From positions 480,001 through 544,000 of the forward strand of contig OZ242358.1 in NCBI GenBank assembly GCA_965208835.1: a stretch of DNA of 64,000 bases. Direction: 5' to 3'. Positions within the stretch are counted from its first letter, which is position 1. The number at the start of each line of letters is the position of its first letter. The DNA is from Candidatus Latescibacterota bacterium. Its GTDB lineage: Bacteria; Latescibacterota; UBA2968; GCA-2709665. A program made the translations under genes and the position numbers. Of the stretch, positions 9,771 through 18,895 are shown piece after piece. A model generated the notes under the pieces. That model had not been told where the DNA came from, searched no databases, and saw nothing but the letters and a program-made list of their open reading frames with translations.

Positions 9771-10013
9771 ATGGCAATCCGGGATGTCAAACTTATCGCT
9801 ATTGGCAACTCCAGGGGTATTCGGCTACCGAAAGCTGTGCTGCAGAAATACGGATGGGGAGACTCGCTCGTAATGGAAGAGACCGAACGAGGGATTTTGC
9901 TTTATGGGAAAGAACGTAACAAGCTGTCCTGGAAGGAAACATACCGCGAGATGGCCGCTGAGAATGAAGACTGGAGCGACCTCGATGCGACGATCTCCGA
10001 TGGTCTGGACTGA
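9771..10013 (+). CDS. AbrB/MazE/SpoVT-family antitoxin
   Basis: KLIAIGNSRGIRLPK swapped-hairpin motif; overlaps the toxin start. Confidence 0.9.
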   Translation: MAIRDVKLIAIGNSRGIRLPKAVLQKYGWGDSLVMEETERGILLYGKERNKLSWKETYREMAAENEDWSDLDATISDGLD

Positions 10014-10345
10014 TGTCCACATTTCCCCGCCGATACACGATATATTTGGCCGACCTCAATCCCACCGTCGGTGGAGAAATCCGAAAGGTTCGCCCGGTTG
10101 TGGTCGTCAGTCAGGATGAGATGAACAGGTTTCTGGATACGGTAGTCGTCTGTCCTCTTACCTCGTCGCTCCATCCTCATTGGCGGGCTCGAATGCAGGT
10201 CGAATGTGCAGGCCGAGAGGCTGAGATTGCTGTGGACCAGATTCGCACCATTAGCAAACAGAGACTTAAGCAACGAATTGACAATCTGTTCGCCGACGAA
10301 GCGGCGCAACTCCGCCGCCTCATCACCGAGATGTACGGGGAATAG
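10013..10345 (+). CDS. mazF: PemK/MazF-family endoribonuclease toxin
   Basis: ADLNPTVGGEIRKVRPVVVVS, PLTS and DQIRTISKQRL motifs. Confidence 0.92.
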   Translation: MSTFPRRYTIYLADLNPTVGGEIRKVRPVVVVSQDEMNRFLDTVVVCPLTSSLHPHWRARMQVECAGREAEIAVDQIRTISKQRLKQRIDNLFADEAAQLRRLITEMYGE

Positions 10346-10607
10346 CGACAATCATGGGAAGCTGTGGATTCAACTGGAGCAGTCAACACAGTCGCTCGAA
10401 CTGAGATTGGGGTTCTCCTGCGATATAAGGGCTCGTGTATACCGCAGCGAATCTGACGTAAGAAAATCGGCATGGTCGATTCGTCGACTGGTCTGGCCGG
10501 TCCTCATTGATCGAGGATCGGCTTTTATGTGGTTCTCCTGCACAGACCGCCTTGATTTTAGGATGAACATAGACTATATTGGACTATATCTGTCGAGAGG
10601 AGATAAA

Positions 10608-10892
10608 ATGACCATAGAATATGGCAAGCCAGGCCGGGTCTGGACGGTCGCGGAGGCCAAGGCGCGCCTGTCGGAAGTCCTCCGCCTTTCCGTAGACGAA
10701 GGCCCGCAGCGCATCGGTGTGCGAAGGGGGTACGTTGTGGTGCCGGAGCACGTATGGAAGGCTCAATCGTCACCGCGCAAGCCGCTCGGCCAGTGGTTGA
10801 TCGACAACATGCCGCGCGGCGCGAATCTCGACATTCCTTCCGATCGAATGTCCCGGCGGGAGATCCCGTTCGCCGACGGAGGCGCAGTGTGA
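10608..10892 (+). CDS. Phd/YefM-family antitoxin
   Basis: WTVAEAKARLSEVLR...EGPQRI; GGAG RBS; upstream GACTATAT direct repeat; GTGA overlap with vapC. Confidence 0.85.
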   Translation: MTIEYGKPGRVWTVAEAKARLSEVLRLSVDEGPQRIGVRRGYVVVPEHVWKAQSSPRKPLGQWLIDNMPRGANLDIPSDRMSRREIPFADGGAV

Positions 10893-11308
10893 ACGGGTTT
10901 CTCCTGGATACCAACGTTGTCTCGGAACTGACCAGGGCCGAGCCGGACGGGAACGTTATGGCATTCCTGGCTGCGCATCATGATCTGTGGCTGTCCGCCA
11001 TCGTGGCGCATGAACTGGAATTCGGATTGCAGTTATTGCCTCACGGTCAGCGGCGTGACCTGTTGAGCGCCGCGCTGTCGGGGATCTTCACCGAATACGA
11101 GGACCGTGTCCTTCCTGTCGACAAGGAAGTGGCAGAGTGGGCCGCTGTCTTTCGATCGCAGGCGCATCGAGACGGACGGATGCTGGATCTTGGGGATGCA
11201 CTCATCGCCGGGACCGCCCGGGCCCACGATCTGTCGGTTGCAACCAAAAACATCGCCGACTTCATCGGCCTGGACGTCCGCGTCATCAATCCCTGGGAAC
11301 GGCGGTGA
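10889..11308 (+). CDS. vapC: VapC PIN-domain toxin
   Basis: FLLDTNVVSEL, DALIAGTA, T.N..DF and INPW motifs. Confidence 0.92.
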   Translation: MNGFLLDTNVVSELTRAEPDGNVMAFLAAHHDLWLSAIVAHELEFGLQLLPHGQRRDLLSAALSGIFTEYEDRVLPVDKEVAEWAAVFRSQAHRDGRMLDLGDALIAGTARAHDLSVATKNIADFIGLDVRVINPWERR

Positions 11309-11323
11309 ACAAGAAATAAACCA

Positions 11324-11643
11324 GGGCACCCACAAGGGGTGCCCCTACACCTTCACGGTCGGTCGTGGATGAATGAGGAGGAGAGGTACAGGCGAATTGG
11401 GGGAACATTCCGCACCGATTATCATCCGATGATTTGATAACATATGTTGTAAATCCCAACCACCTGCGCGGAATTCTTCCAATTGTAGGGGTACCCCGTG
11501 TGGGTGCCCGCCTCCCCCGACATCCGTAAAATTACCTGGGAATACACGTTGGTAGGGGCACCCCTTGTGGGTGCCCGCGTGTCTCGACATCCGCATAATT
11601 GCCTGGGACAATACATCCGTAGGGGCGGCCGTTGTGGGCGCCC
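11324..11643. repeat. Composite REP repeat, copy 3, plus two extra tandem REPs
   Basis: 136-bp spacer (11349-11484); plus-strand REPs at 11485, 11552 and 11619, a 67-bp period. Confidence 0.9.
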
Positions 11644-11767
11644 TGCCTTTTTTTGTGCCAACGAATCCTTGACATCATGCAGTAAAGTAACTATATGAAT
11701 TCTGTAGCCGAAAGAATTCAGCAGGGGTCCGCAGAAGTTGCGGGCTAATCCAGTGTATGGAGGAAAT

Positions 11768-12052
11768 ATGATTCGACCAACCGATGTCGAACCGCGAAGC
11801 GGCCACCGAATCTGGCTTCGTTTCTCGGACGGCGCCGCCGGAGAAATCGACCTGTCTGAACTCGCCGGCCGTGGTGTATTCGAGTCCTGGAACAGCCGAA
11901 CCTTCTTTGAGAATGTGCAAATAACGAAGAACGGGGGTGTCGCCTGGGGTAAGGATGTCGAACTGTGTCCGGATGCTCTTTATTTAAAGCTTACCGGCAA
12001 ATCCGTAGAGGATGTAATGCCGGATGTAAAGGCTCTGCTGGAAGATGCCTGA
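11768..12052 (+). CDS. DUF2442-family protein (putative antitoxin)
   Basis: IWLRFSDG..GEIDL, GVF..W, W..DVELCPDALY pattern. Confidence 0.8.
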   Translation: MIRPTDVEPRSGHRIWLRFSDGAAGEIDLSELAGRGVFESWNSRTFFENVQITKNGGVAWGKDVELCPDALYLKLTGKSVEDVMPDVKALLEDA

Positions 12053-12305
12053 GCTCTGCCGCTTCTACGGAATTATCATACGAATATACTTCGACGATCA
12101 CGCACCTCCTCACTTCCACGCAACCTATGGCCAAGAGGAGGCGGTCGTCGGCATTGATAGTTTGACCGTTTTGCAGGGGCGTCTACCGCGTCGGGCTATT
12201 GGGCTGGTTGTGGAGTGGGCGTCACTTTATCAGGACGAGCTACGGCAAGCCTGGATTCGGGCGAAGCGCCTCGAATCGCCGGGAAAGATCGCACCTCTGG
12301 ACTGA
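12045..12305 (+). CDS. DUF4160-family protein (putative toxin)
   Basis: MPELCRFYGIIIRIYFDDHAPPHFHA...VVEWA pattern. Confidence 0.85.
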   Translation: MPELCRFYGIIIRIYFDDHAPPHFHATYGQEEAVVGIDSLTVLQGRLPRRAIGLVVEWASLYQDELRQAWIRAKRLESPGKIAPLD

Positions 12306-12598
12306 TCTGGCGCTACCTTTTCTACACATTTGCCACGATCTTTGTACGTCCGATTTTCGGCAGCTCTGACTTTGCGGCTTCCGCGGGGTTTGCTGACAGG
12401 ACTGCACGGCGGATTCTGGTTGTCTTGTGCGAAGGGGATGTGGACTTGACCCGATTTGGTGGAGCGAGCGCGATGAGGTACGCATTGAGCTTGCCGCATA
12501 ACTGTCGGAGCTATTTTTCTCATACCAGGCAATTGCCAACCGGAAGCCTTCAATTCGTCCCCTACTCCACGCACGTGTACTATATTATCCCGACGATT

Positions 12599-12639
12599 TA
12601 CTCAATACGTTGAGTATTTTTTCTCAATGCATTGAGTAA
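12599..12639. promoter_or_regulatory. Tandem palindromic operator-like sites
   Basis: TACTCAA-TACG-TTGAGTA and CTCAATGCATTGAG, 22 bp apart. Confidence 0.5.
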
Positions 12640-12696
12640 TCCGTCATTTTGGCGTTTGCGAGGCGGAGACCTGTTGTGCCATCGGCATAGAAACGA

Positions 12697-12948
12697 GGGC
12701 ACCCACAAGGGGTGCCCCTACACCATCACGGTCGGTCGTGGATGAATGAGGAGGAGAGGTACAGGCGAATTCGGGGAACATGCCACACAGATTATCATCC
12801 GATGAATTGAGAACGAATGTTTCAATTTCTGACCACCTGCGCGAAATTATCCCGGTCGTAGGGGCGCCCCTTGTGGGCGCCCGCCTGCCTTGACATCCAC
12901 ATAATCGCCTGGGATGTGCATTTGTAGGGGCGTACCTTGTGGGTGCCC
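12697..12948. repeat. Composite REP repeat, copy 4, plus one extra REP
   Basis: 136-bp spacer (12722-12857); REPs at 12858 and 12924. Confidence 0.9.
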
Positions 12949-13106
12949 TGTCTTACCCAGAAACTGGTGAAAATCCTACATGTCGGCACGTTGCTTGCAA
13001 CACCGAAAACAGGTCCACGAGATGATTGGATTTGCAGGAACGCCCCATGTAGCCGCCACAGCGAAAACCTGGTCAAACCCGAGGGTCGCCCTTTCACGGG
13101 AGAATC

Positions 13107-13715
13107 GTGTACGATCCGGAAATCCACCATCGCCGGTCGATGAGACTGAAGGGATACGACTATTCACAGGCAGGGGCGTACCTTGTAACTGTTGTCGCAC
13201 AGGGCCGGATGACGCTGTTTGGCGACGTGGTTAAAGGTCGGATGCAGTTGAACCCGGCCGGAGAAATGGTCCAACGAATATGGATTGAAATGCCTACTCG
13301 ATTCCCACCAATCGTTATCGACACATTTGTCGTCATGCCAAACCACTTACATGGAATCATCATTCTGGCAGGTGTGGACCTTGCGGGCACCCCAAATACC
13401 AACGAATGTTCGGACGTCGATATAAAAACCAGGGGAACAACATGGGTCGCCCCTACAGAGGATGGTCGCACAAGACTGGGGAATGTGGTCGGCGTATTTA
13501 AATCACTGACAACGTTGGGATATACGCGTGGCGTGCGCGATATGAACTGGCCGCCGTTCCACCGACGGTTGTGGCAGCGGAACTTCTACGAACATATCGT
13601 TCGGACCGACGCGTCATTACAGAAATATCGCAAGTATATTGTCGACAATCCCGTACAATGGCCATTTGACCGGGAGAACCCGAGGGCCGCAAGTCCCATG
13701 TTGCATTCGCCATAA
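13107..13715 (+). mobile_element. rayT: REP-associated tyrosine transposase (RAYT, HUH/Y1, IS200-like)
   Basis: RRSMRLKGYDYS, VMPNHLHGII (HUH), WQRNFYEHIVR and YIVDNP motifs; flanked by GTAG REPs. Confidence 0.9.
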
Positions 13716-13754
13716 TCATCGATATTCCGGCTATCGCCTCAATACGCGCAACCA

Positions 13755-13992
13755 GGGCACCCACAAGGGGCGCCCCTACACGGTACGGGGTATACAATTT
13801 TCGACCAGATCGGATGAACGAATGAAATTGTAGGGGCGTCCCTCGTGGGCGCCCGTCCTTCCAGGATGCAAACGTCGCCACCACGAAAACCAGGGCACCC
13901 ACAAGGGGTGCCCCTACACGGAACGTGTAATACAATTACCAACCGGATCGTATGGATGATTGAAATTGCAGGGGCGTCCCTTGCGGGCGCAC
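13755..13992. repeat. BIME-like REP cluster downstream of RAYT (4 REPs, two 138-bp units)
   Basis: REPs at 13755, 13830, 13893 and 13968; the two 50-bp spacers are homologous. Confidence 0.9.
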
Positions 13993-14032
13993 GGTCTTCC
14001 GATTATCTTTTTTGAAAAACGGAGAAATTTCG

Positions 14033-15022
14033 ATGCCCGAATCGATATTGGAAAGACTGAATGAGGGGGTGGTGCTGGGGGACGGGGGGTACCTGCTCGC
14101 CCTGGAGAACCGGGGCTACGTTCAGGCCGGGCCGTTCACGCCGGAAGTGACGATTGAGAATCCCAACGCGCTTCTGGCCCTGCACGAGGAATTCGTGCAC
14201 GCCGGCGCGGAGGTGCTGCAGGTACTCACGTTCTACGCCAGCGAAAACAAGCTGGCGCAGACCGGCTACGCGGGGAGGCTGGAAGAGATCAACCGCGCGG
14301 CCGTCAGGATCGCCCGCGAGGCCGCGGCCGGCAAGGCCTTGGTGGCCGGAAATATCTGTCTCACGTGGAAGTACCCCGAATCCGAGGACGAATGCCGGCG
14401 GCTGTTTGACACCCAACTCGGCTACCAGATGGCCGAAGGCGTCGACTTCATCATCGGCGAGACGTTCCTCCACGTGGGCGAGGCTCTCATCGCCCTCGAA
14501 TGTGCCCGAAAAACCGGCCTGCCCGCGGTGATCACAATGGCATTCGAAGGCCCCGAGACGCGGGACGGAAAAACTCCGGGTGAGGCCGCGCGCATGCTGG
14601 AGGGCGCGGGCGCCGACGTCGTGGGCGCAAACTGCTGGCAGGATCCCACTTTCATGCTCCCCGCCATCGAGCAGATGCGAGAGGCGGTAACCTGCCACGT
14701 GGCCGCCCAGCCGGTCGCCTATCGATGCACGCCCGAAGTGCCCTTCTTCACCGGCCAGCCGGGCTTTCCGGACAAGCTCGATTCGTTCAAGATCAGCCGC
14801 TACGAAATGGGCGATTTCGCCCGCAAAGCCTTGGACCTCGGCGTGAATTTTATCGGCGGTTGCTGCGGCTGCGAGGGTTCGCACGTCCGCCAGATGGCGC
14901 GCGCAATCGGCAAGATGCCCGCTGAAGAGCGCGAATGGGACGCGGACTACGGGAAACCCCAGTCGGCGACAGAAGCGTACAGAGATATCCGGGAGCAGTC
15001 CGGCGCCGCTCCCGGGGGATAA
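14033..15022 (+). CDS. Betaine-homocysteine S-methyltransferase-like protein
   Basis: ILERLNEGVVLGDGG...RGYVQAGPFTPE...TFYASENKL is BHMT-like; GANC and GGCCG Zn ligands. Confidence 0.85.
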   Translation: MPESILERLNEGVVLGDGGYLLALENRGYVQAGPFTPEVTIENPNALLALHEEFVHAGAEVLQVLTFYASENKLAQTGYAGRLEEINRAAVRIAREAAAGKALVAGNICLTWKYPESEDECRRLFDTQLGYQMAEGVDFIIGETFLHVGEALIALECARKTGLPAVITMAFEGPETRDGKTPGEAARMLEGAGADVVGANCWQDPTFMLPAIEQMREAVTCHVAAQPVAYRCTPEVPFFTGQPGFPDKLDSFKISRYEMGDFARKALDLGVNFIGGCCGCEGSHVRQMARAIGKMPAEEREWDADYGKPQSATEAYRDIREQSGAAPGG

Positions 15023-15061
15023 TCCGGGCGCATTGCTACGACCGGGTCAAGCCCGGCCGAT

Positions 15062-15826
15062 TCAACGGGCCCGCCACTCCCAGCAGGTCACCCTGTATCC
15101 CCTTCCCTTCAGCGCGACGGCCCCTACAAAGCCGTTCCCGGGCGCCAGTGCGCGCATGAACCATTCGGACGGCGCCACCGGATTGTCGTCGATGCGCAGC
15201 ATCGCCGCGGGCGCTCCCGGAGTCAGGGAGACTTCGAATCCGTCCAGCGGGCAGGCCAGTCCCGCTCCCAACGCCTTGATATACGCTTCCTTTCGGGTCC
15301 AGCAGTTGAAGAACGCCTCGTAGTGGACCTCCCCTGGCAGCGCCTGGATCGCGGCGACTTCACCCGGTGCAAAATAGCGCCCCGCCAGCCGCAGGTGCTC
15401 CTTCACCTGACGGATGCGTTCCACGTCCACACCGATTTCCCTCGCTTTGATCACCGCGAGTAGACCCAGTTCGCCGGAGTGGGAGAGGTTGAAGCGCAGC
15501 CGGTCGCCATCCGAACCCTTTTTCAAGTAAGGTTTGCCCCGCCATCCATAGCCGAACTCCAGCCGCCGGGGGGCGAGCCCGACGTACAGCCCCAGGATGC
15601 TCCTGAGCGACGCACGGCCGACAATAAAACGCGCCCGGTGTCTGTCAAAGACAAACCGGGCGGCGCGGGCGGTTTCGTCTTCGGAAAGCACGCCCCGCAT
15701 TTCCTGGACCTCTGCAGCCGGCCGGTCCAGATTCATGCGCCAGACCTGAATCTCATCGTGCGACGCCACCGGACACCCGGGCGGCCGGCGCCAGATATCG
15801 GATGTCGATCGGTTGAGCCGGGTCAT
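15062..15826 (-). CDS. Sfp/HetI-type 4'-phosphopantetheinyl transferase
   Basis: GKP, FNLSHS, IGVDVE and [10 protein letters not shown] motifs; ATGA overlap with the upstream gene. Confidence 0.9.
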   Translation of the reverse strand: MTRLNRSTSDIWRRPPGCPVASHDEIQVWRMNLDRPAAEVQEMRGVLSEDETARAARFVFDRHRARFIVGRASLRSILGLYVGLAPRRLEFGYGWRGKPYLKKGSDGDRLRFNLSHSGELGLLAVIKAREIGVDVERIRQVKEHLRLAGRYFAPGEVAAIQALPGEVHYEAFFNCWTRKEAYIKALGAGLACPLDGFEVSLTPGAPAAMLRIDDNPVAPSEWFMRALAPGNGFVGAVALKGRGYRVTCWEWRAR

Positions 15827-17811
15827 GGTGTTGTACCGCCGTTCAACCGCTGCACAATCGCCTCCACGTCGTAGACGCATCCCCCCCAGGTTCCGCCGCC
15901 CACGTTCTGAAGGGCCGCCCAAAGCCGGGTGTCGTCGGGCAGGTCCGCGTCTGGCGCCAGATCGGACCGCGAGGGCCGGTCCTCCAGAATGCGGCGACCC
16001 TCTTCGGGACCAAAACGGGTCTCGCCCACACCAACAAAGTGGATGCTGCCGGAAAGCTCCTTCCGGTCGATTACAATCTCCACGACGTCACCGTCCACCA
16101 GCTTGCCGATCGGGCCCCCGGCCAGCGCCTCCGGTCCGATATGACCGATGCAGGCTCCGGTAGAAAACCCCGAAAAACGCGCGTCCGTGAGAACGGCGAC
16201 GTGTTTCCCGAAGTCCAGGTACTTCAACGCGGTGGTGATTTGTGCGATCTCCTCCATCCCGGCGCCCATCGGGCCGCGGCCGATCAACACCATGACGTCT
16301 CCCGGCTTTACGCCCTTCGGACCGGAGTCCTTCAGCGCGGCGGCAGCCGCCCTCTCGGTGGTGAACACTTTGACCGGGCCGGTTATCCGGTAGATGCCAT
16401 CTTCGTCGACAACCGTCGGGTCGATTGCCGTACTTTTCACCACGGACCCTTCCGGCGCGATATTTCCTGTGGGGAAACAGACGGTGCTGGTCAGCCCCCT
16501 CGCACGCGCGCGGCCCGGGTCCATGATCACGTTGTCAGGGTCGACTCCGTCCTGATCGCGCAGCGCCTGCCTGAACCTGACTCGCCGTTCGGATCCCTCC
16601 CACCAGTCCAGGTTTTCGCCCAGCGTTCCTCCGGATATCGTAAGAGCGCCCGTTTCCAGCAGCCCCAGTTTCCGCAGGTGCAGCATGACTTCCGGAACGC
16701 CGCCCGCCAGAAACGCCCGGACCGTGGGGTGGAACTCCGGACCGTTGGGCAAGACGTCGACCAGCCGCGGTACCTGCCGGTTCACGTGGCTCCAGTCGGC
16801 AACGGTAGGCCGGGAGCGCCCGGCCGCATAAGCGACAGCCGGAATGTGCAGGAGCAGGTTTGTGGATCCGCCGAACGCGGCATGCGTGACCATCGCATTT
16901 TGAAGAGCGGCATCGGTTATCACGTCGGCCGTGGTGTGTCCGGCGGCCTGCATCGCGAACACCGCACGGGCGGAACGGAGCGCCATATCCAGCCAGACCG
17001 CCTCACCCGAAGGCGCAAGGGCTGTATGGGTGAGCGCAAATCCCAGAGCTTCGGCCACCACCTGTGAAGTGGCCGCGGTACCCAGAAACTGGCAACCGCC
17101 CCCGGGCGTTGCACAGGCCCGGCAGCCCAGATCCTGCACATCCGAAAGCGACATCTCTCCGTGCGCCAGCCTGACGCCGACCGACTGGATCTTGCCGGCG
17201 TCCTCCCCGTCTTCCGGCGGAAGCGTCACACCGCCCGGAACGATCGCGGTGGGCAGCGAATGCATCGCTGCCAGCGCGATCATCATCGCCGGCAATCCCT
17301 TGTCGCAGGTTGCAACGCCAATCACGCCTTTCCGCGTGGGAAGCGATCGGACCAGGCGCCGGAGCACGGTCGCCGCGTCATTGCGATAAGCCAGGCTGTC
17401 CATCATCCCCGTCGTGCCCTGCGTACGTCCGTCGCAGGGGTCGGAGCAGTACCCCGCAAAGGGTATACCGCCCAGGCGGTGAATCTCCAGGGCGGCCTCC
17501 CGCATCAGCAACCCGACTTCCCAGTGTCCGGTGTGGTATCCGAGCGCGACGGGTCGTCCGTCCGGTTCGCGGATTCCCCCCATCGTACTCAGGATCAGGA
17601 CCTCGGGCCGGCCCAGTTCCGCAGGATCCCATCCCATGCCCGCATTCTGGCTATAACCGAAGATATCCCCGCTGGGTGACTCAACCACCAGCTCTTCGGT
17701 CAGGGAAATCAGCCGGCCTTCGGGTCCCGGCGCGCGCGTTCGGACCTCAAAGACCGATTCGTCTCCCGACTGCAGTACTGATTGCGGGGATGGATTGCTT
17801 ACGTCAGGCAT
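15823..17811 (-). CDS. YjhG/YagF-type D-xylonate (sugar-acid) dehydratase, IlvD/Edd family
   Basis: [34 protein letters not shown] and TDARFSG motifs. Confidence 0.9.
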   Translation of the reverse strand: MPDVSNPSPQSVLQSGDESVFEVRTRAPGPEGRLISLTEELVVESPSGDIFGYSQNAGMGWDPAELGRPEVLILSTMGGIREPDGRPVALGYHTGHWEVGLLMREAALEIHRLGGIPFAGYCSDPCDGRTQGTTGMMDSLAYRNDAATVLRRLVRSLPTRKGVIGVATCDKGLPAMMIALAAMHSLPTAIVPGGVTLPPEDGEDAGKIQSVGVRLAHGEMSLSDVQDLGCRACATPGGGCQFLGTAATSQVVAEALGFALTHTALAPSGEAVWLDMALRSARAVFAMQAAGHTTADVITDAALQNAMVTHAAFGGSTNLLLHIPAVAYAAGRSRPTVADWSHVNRQVPRLVDVLPNGPEFHPTVRAFLAGGVPEVMLHLRKLGLLETGALTISGGTLGENLDWWEGSERRVRFRQALRDQDGVDPDNVIMDPGRARARGLTSTVCFPTGNIAPEGSVVKSTAIDPTVVDEDGIYRITGPVKVFTTERAAAAALKDSGPKGVKPGDVMVLIGRGPMGAGMEEIAQITTALKYLDFGKHVAVLTDARFSGFSTGACIGHIGPEALAGGPIGKLVDGDVVEIVIDRKELSGSIHFVGVGETRFGPEEGRRILEDRPSRSDLAPDADLPDDTRLWAALQNVGGGTWGGCVYDVEAIVQRLNGGTTP

Positions 17812-17860
17812 GAAAACTCCTCAATTCAGCGCAGACGCCTTGTTGCGTACCGCTCGTCGT

Positions 17861-18631
17861 TCATTCCAGGCCCATTGCTTTCAGATTCCGGAGACTGATG
17901 CCAAGGCTCTCGAACGGGTCCCCCTGGCACGTGTCCTGCTCCACGATGTACCACCGGGTGCCGGCCGCCGTACACGCATCCAGAATGGCCGGCCAGTTCA
18001 GGTTGCCCTCGCCCACCTCTGCGTAGAGCTGCTCCCGGCCGCGCATGGCCATGTCTTTCACGTGAACCAGGTCCGCCCGGCCGGCGGCCTTCCGAATCCA
18101 CGCGGCGGGGTCCCCGCCTCCGTGCTGTATCCAGTAGGTGTCGATTTCGAGCTGGAAGGTCTCGGGGTCGCTTTCTTCGAACAGGATCTGCAGCCCCGTT
18201 CGATCGCCGAATCGCTCCAGTTCGAAACTGTGATTGTGATACCCGAACGTGAGTCCGGCCGCCGCGAGTTTTCGCGCGACACCGGATGCCTCGCGGGCAA
18301 ACCGCCTGTAACCTTCACCGCCGTCTTCGCGATAACTCTGGGGAAGCCCGCCGATTGCCGGGTATCTGCACCCCCACAACAGGTGTTCGTCGATCACAGC
18401 CTGGGTTTCATCCCTCATGCGTTCGTAACTGGTGTGGGTGGCACAGATCTCGAGGCCCTCGCCATCCGCCAGGTCTTTGAGTTCCCGGGGGCTGATGTCT
18501 CCGAATGCCGACACCTGCATGGCGTCGTATCCCAGCGCCTTCACCTTCTTCAGACTGACCGCGACGTCCGCGGGTGTCTGTGTGAATTCGCGCACCGTAT
18601 ACATCTGCGCAGCCAATACCGTACCGGCCAT
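17861..18631 (-). CDS. Sugar phosphate isomerase/epimerase (xylose-isomerase-like TIM barrel)
   Basis: QMYTVRE, YHNHSFE, EIDTYW, VHVKD and VEQD motifs. Confidence 0.88.
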   Translation of the reverse strand: MAGTVLAAQMYTVREFTQTPADVAVSLKKVKALGYDAMQVSAFGDISPRELKDLADGEGLEICATHTSYERMRDETQAVIDEHLLWGCRYPAIGGLPQSYREDGGEGYRRFAREASGVARKLAAAGLTFGYHNHSFELERFGDRTGLQILFEESDPETFQLEIDTYWIQHGGGDPAAWIRKAAGRADLVHVKDMAMRGREQLYAEVGEGNLNWPAILDACTAAGTRWYIVEQDTCQGDPFESLGISLRNLKAMGLE

Positions 18632-18895
18632 CTTCCGCTCCTTTCCACAATCGCCAAGGCATCACTTATTTGCTCGATTTCAAGTACAAAATACCACAGG
18701 ATCGAGGATCTTCCAAGCCAAGATTTCCTGCCGGGAATCTTGCGTCCTTCCGCGATAGCAGGAACGATTTTTAACTGGTATTTTTCCGAAACCACTGTAT
18801 TTTTAGACCGAAGTTTCCGCTCCCCGCTACCTCCCCCGTATTGCACCATCCTCCCGTTTCAATCGAACCCGCCTCCCTCGCAGAGGAGCCCGTTT

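Noticed and set aside
10350-10430. XisI-like fragment (GKLWIQ...LGF) after mazF
   Set aside because: The similarity is too short and has no supporting ORF.
8303-13992. CRISPR array interpretation of the palindromic repeats
   Set aside because: The repeats alternate in orientation, the spacers are homologous to each other rather than unique, and no cas genes are present. GTAG hairpins next to a RAYT identify them as REPs.
8250-14000. Classical integron
   Set aside because: No tyrosine-recombinase IntI gene and no recognisable attC (RYYYAAC...GTTRRRY) sites were seen.
17795-18895. N-terminal extension of the 1121-aa ORF
   Set aside because: It is antisense to the epimerase gene; the transketolase-like protein starts at 18896.
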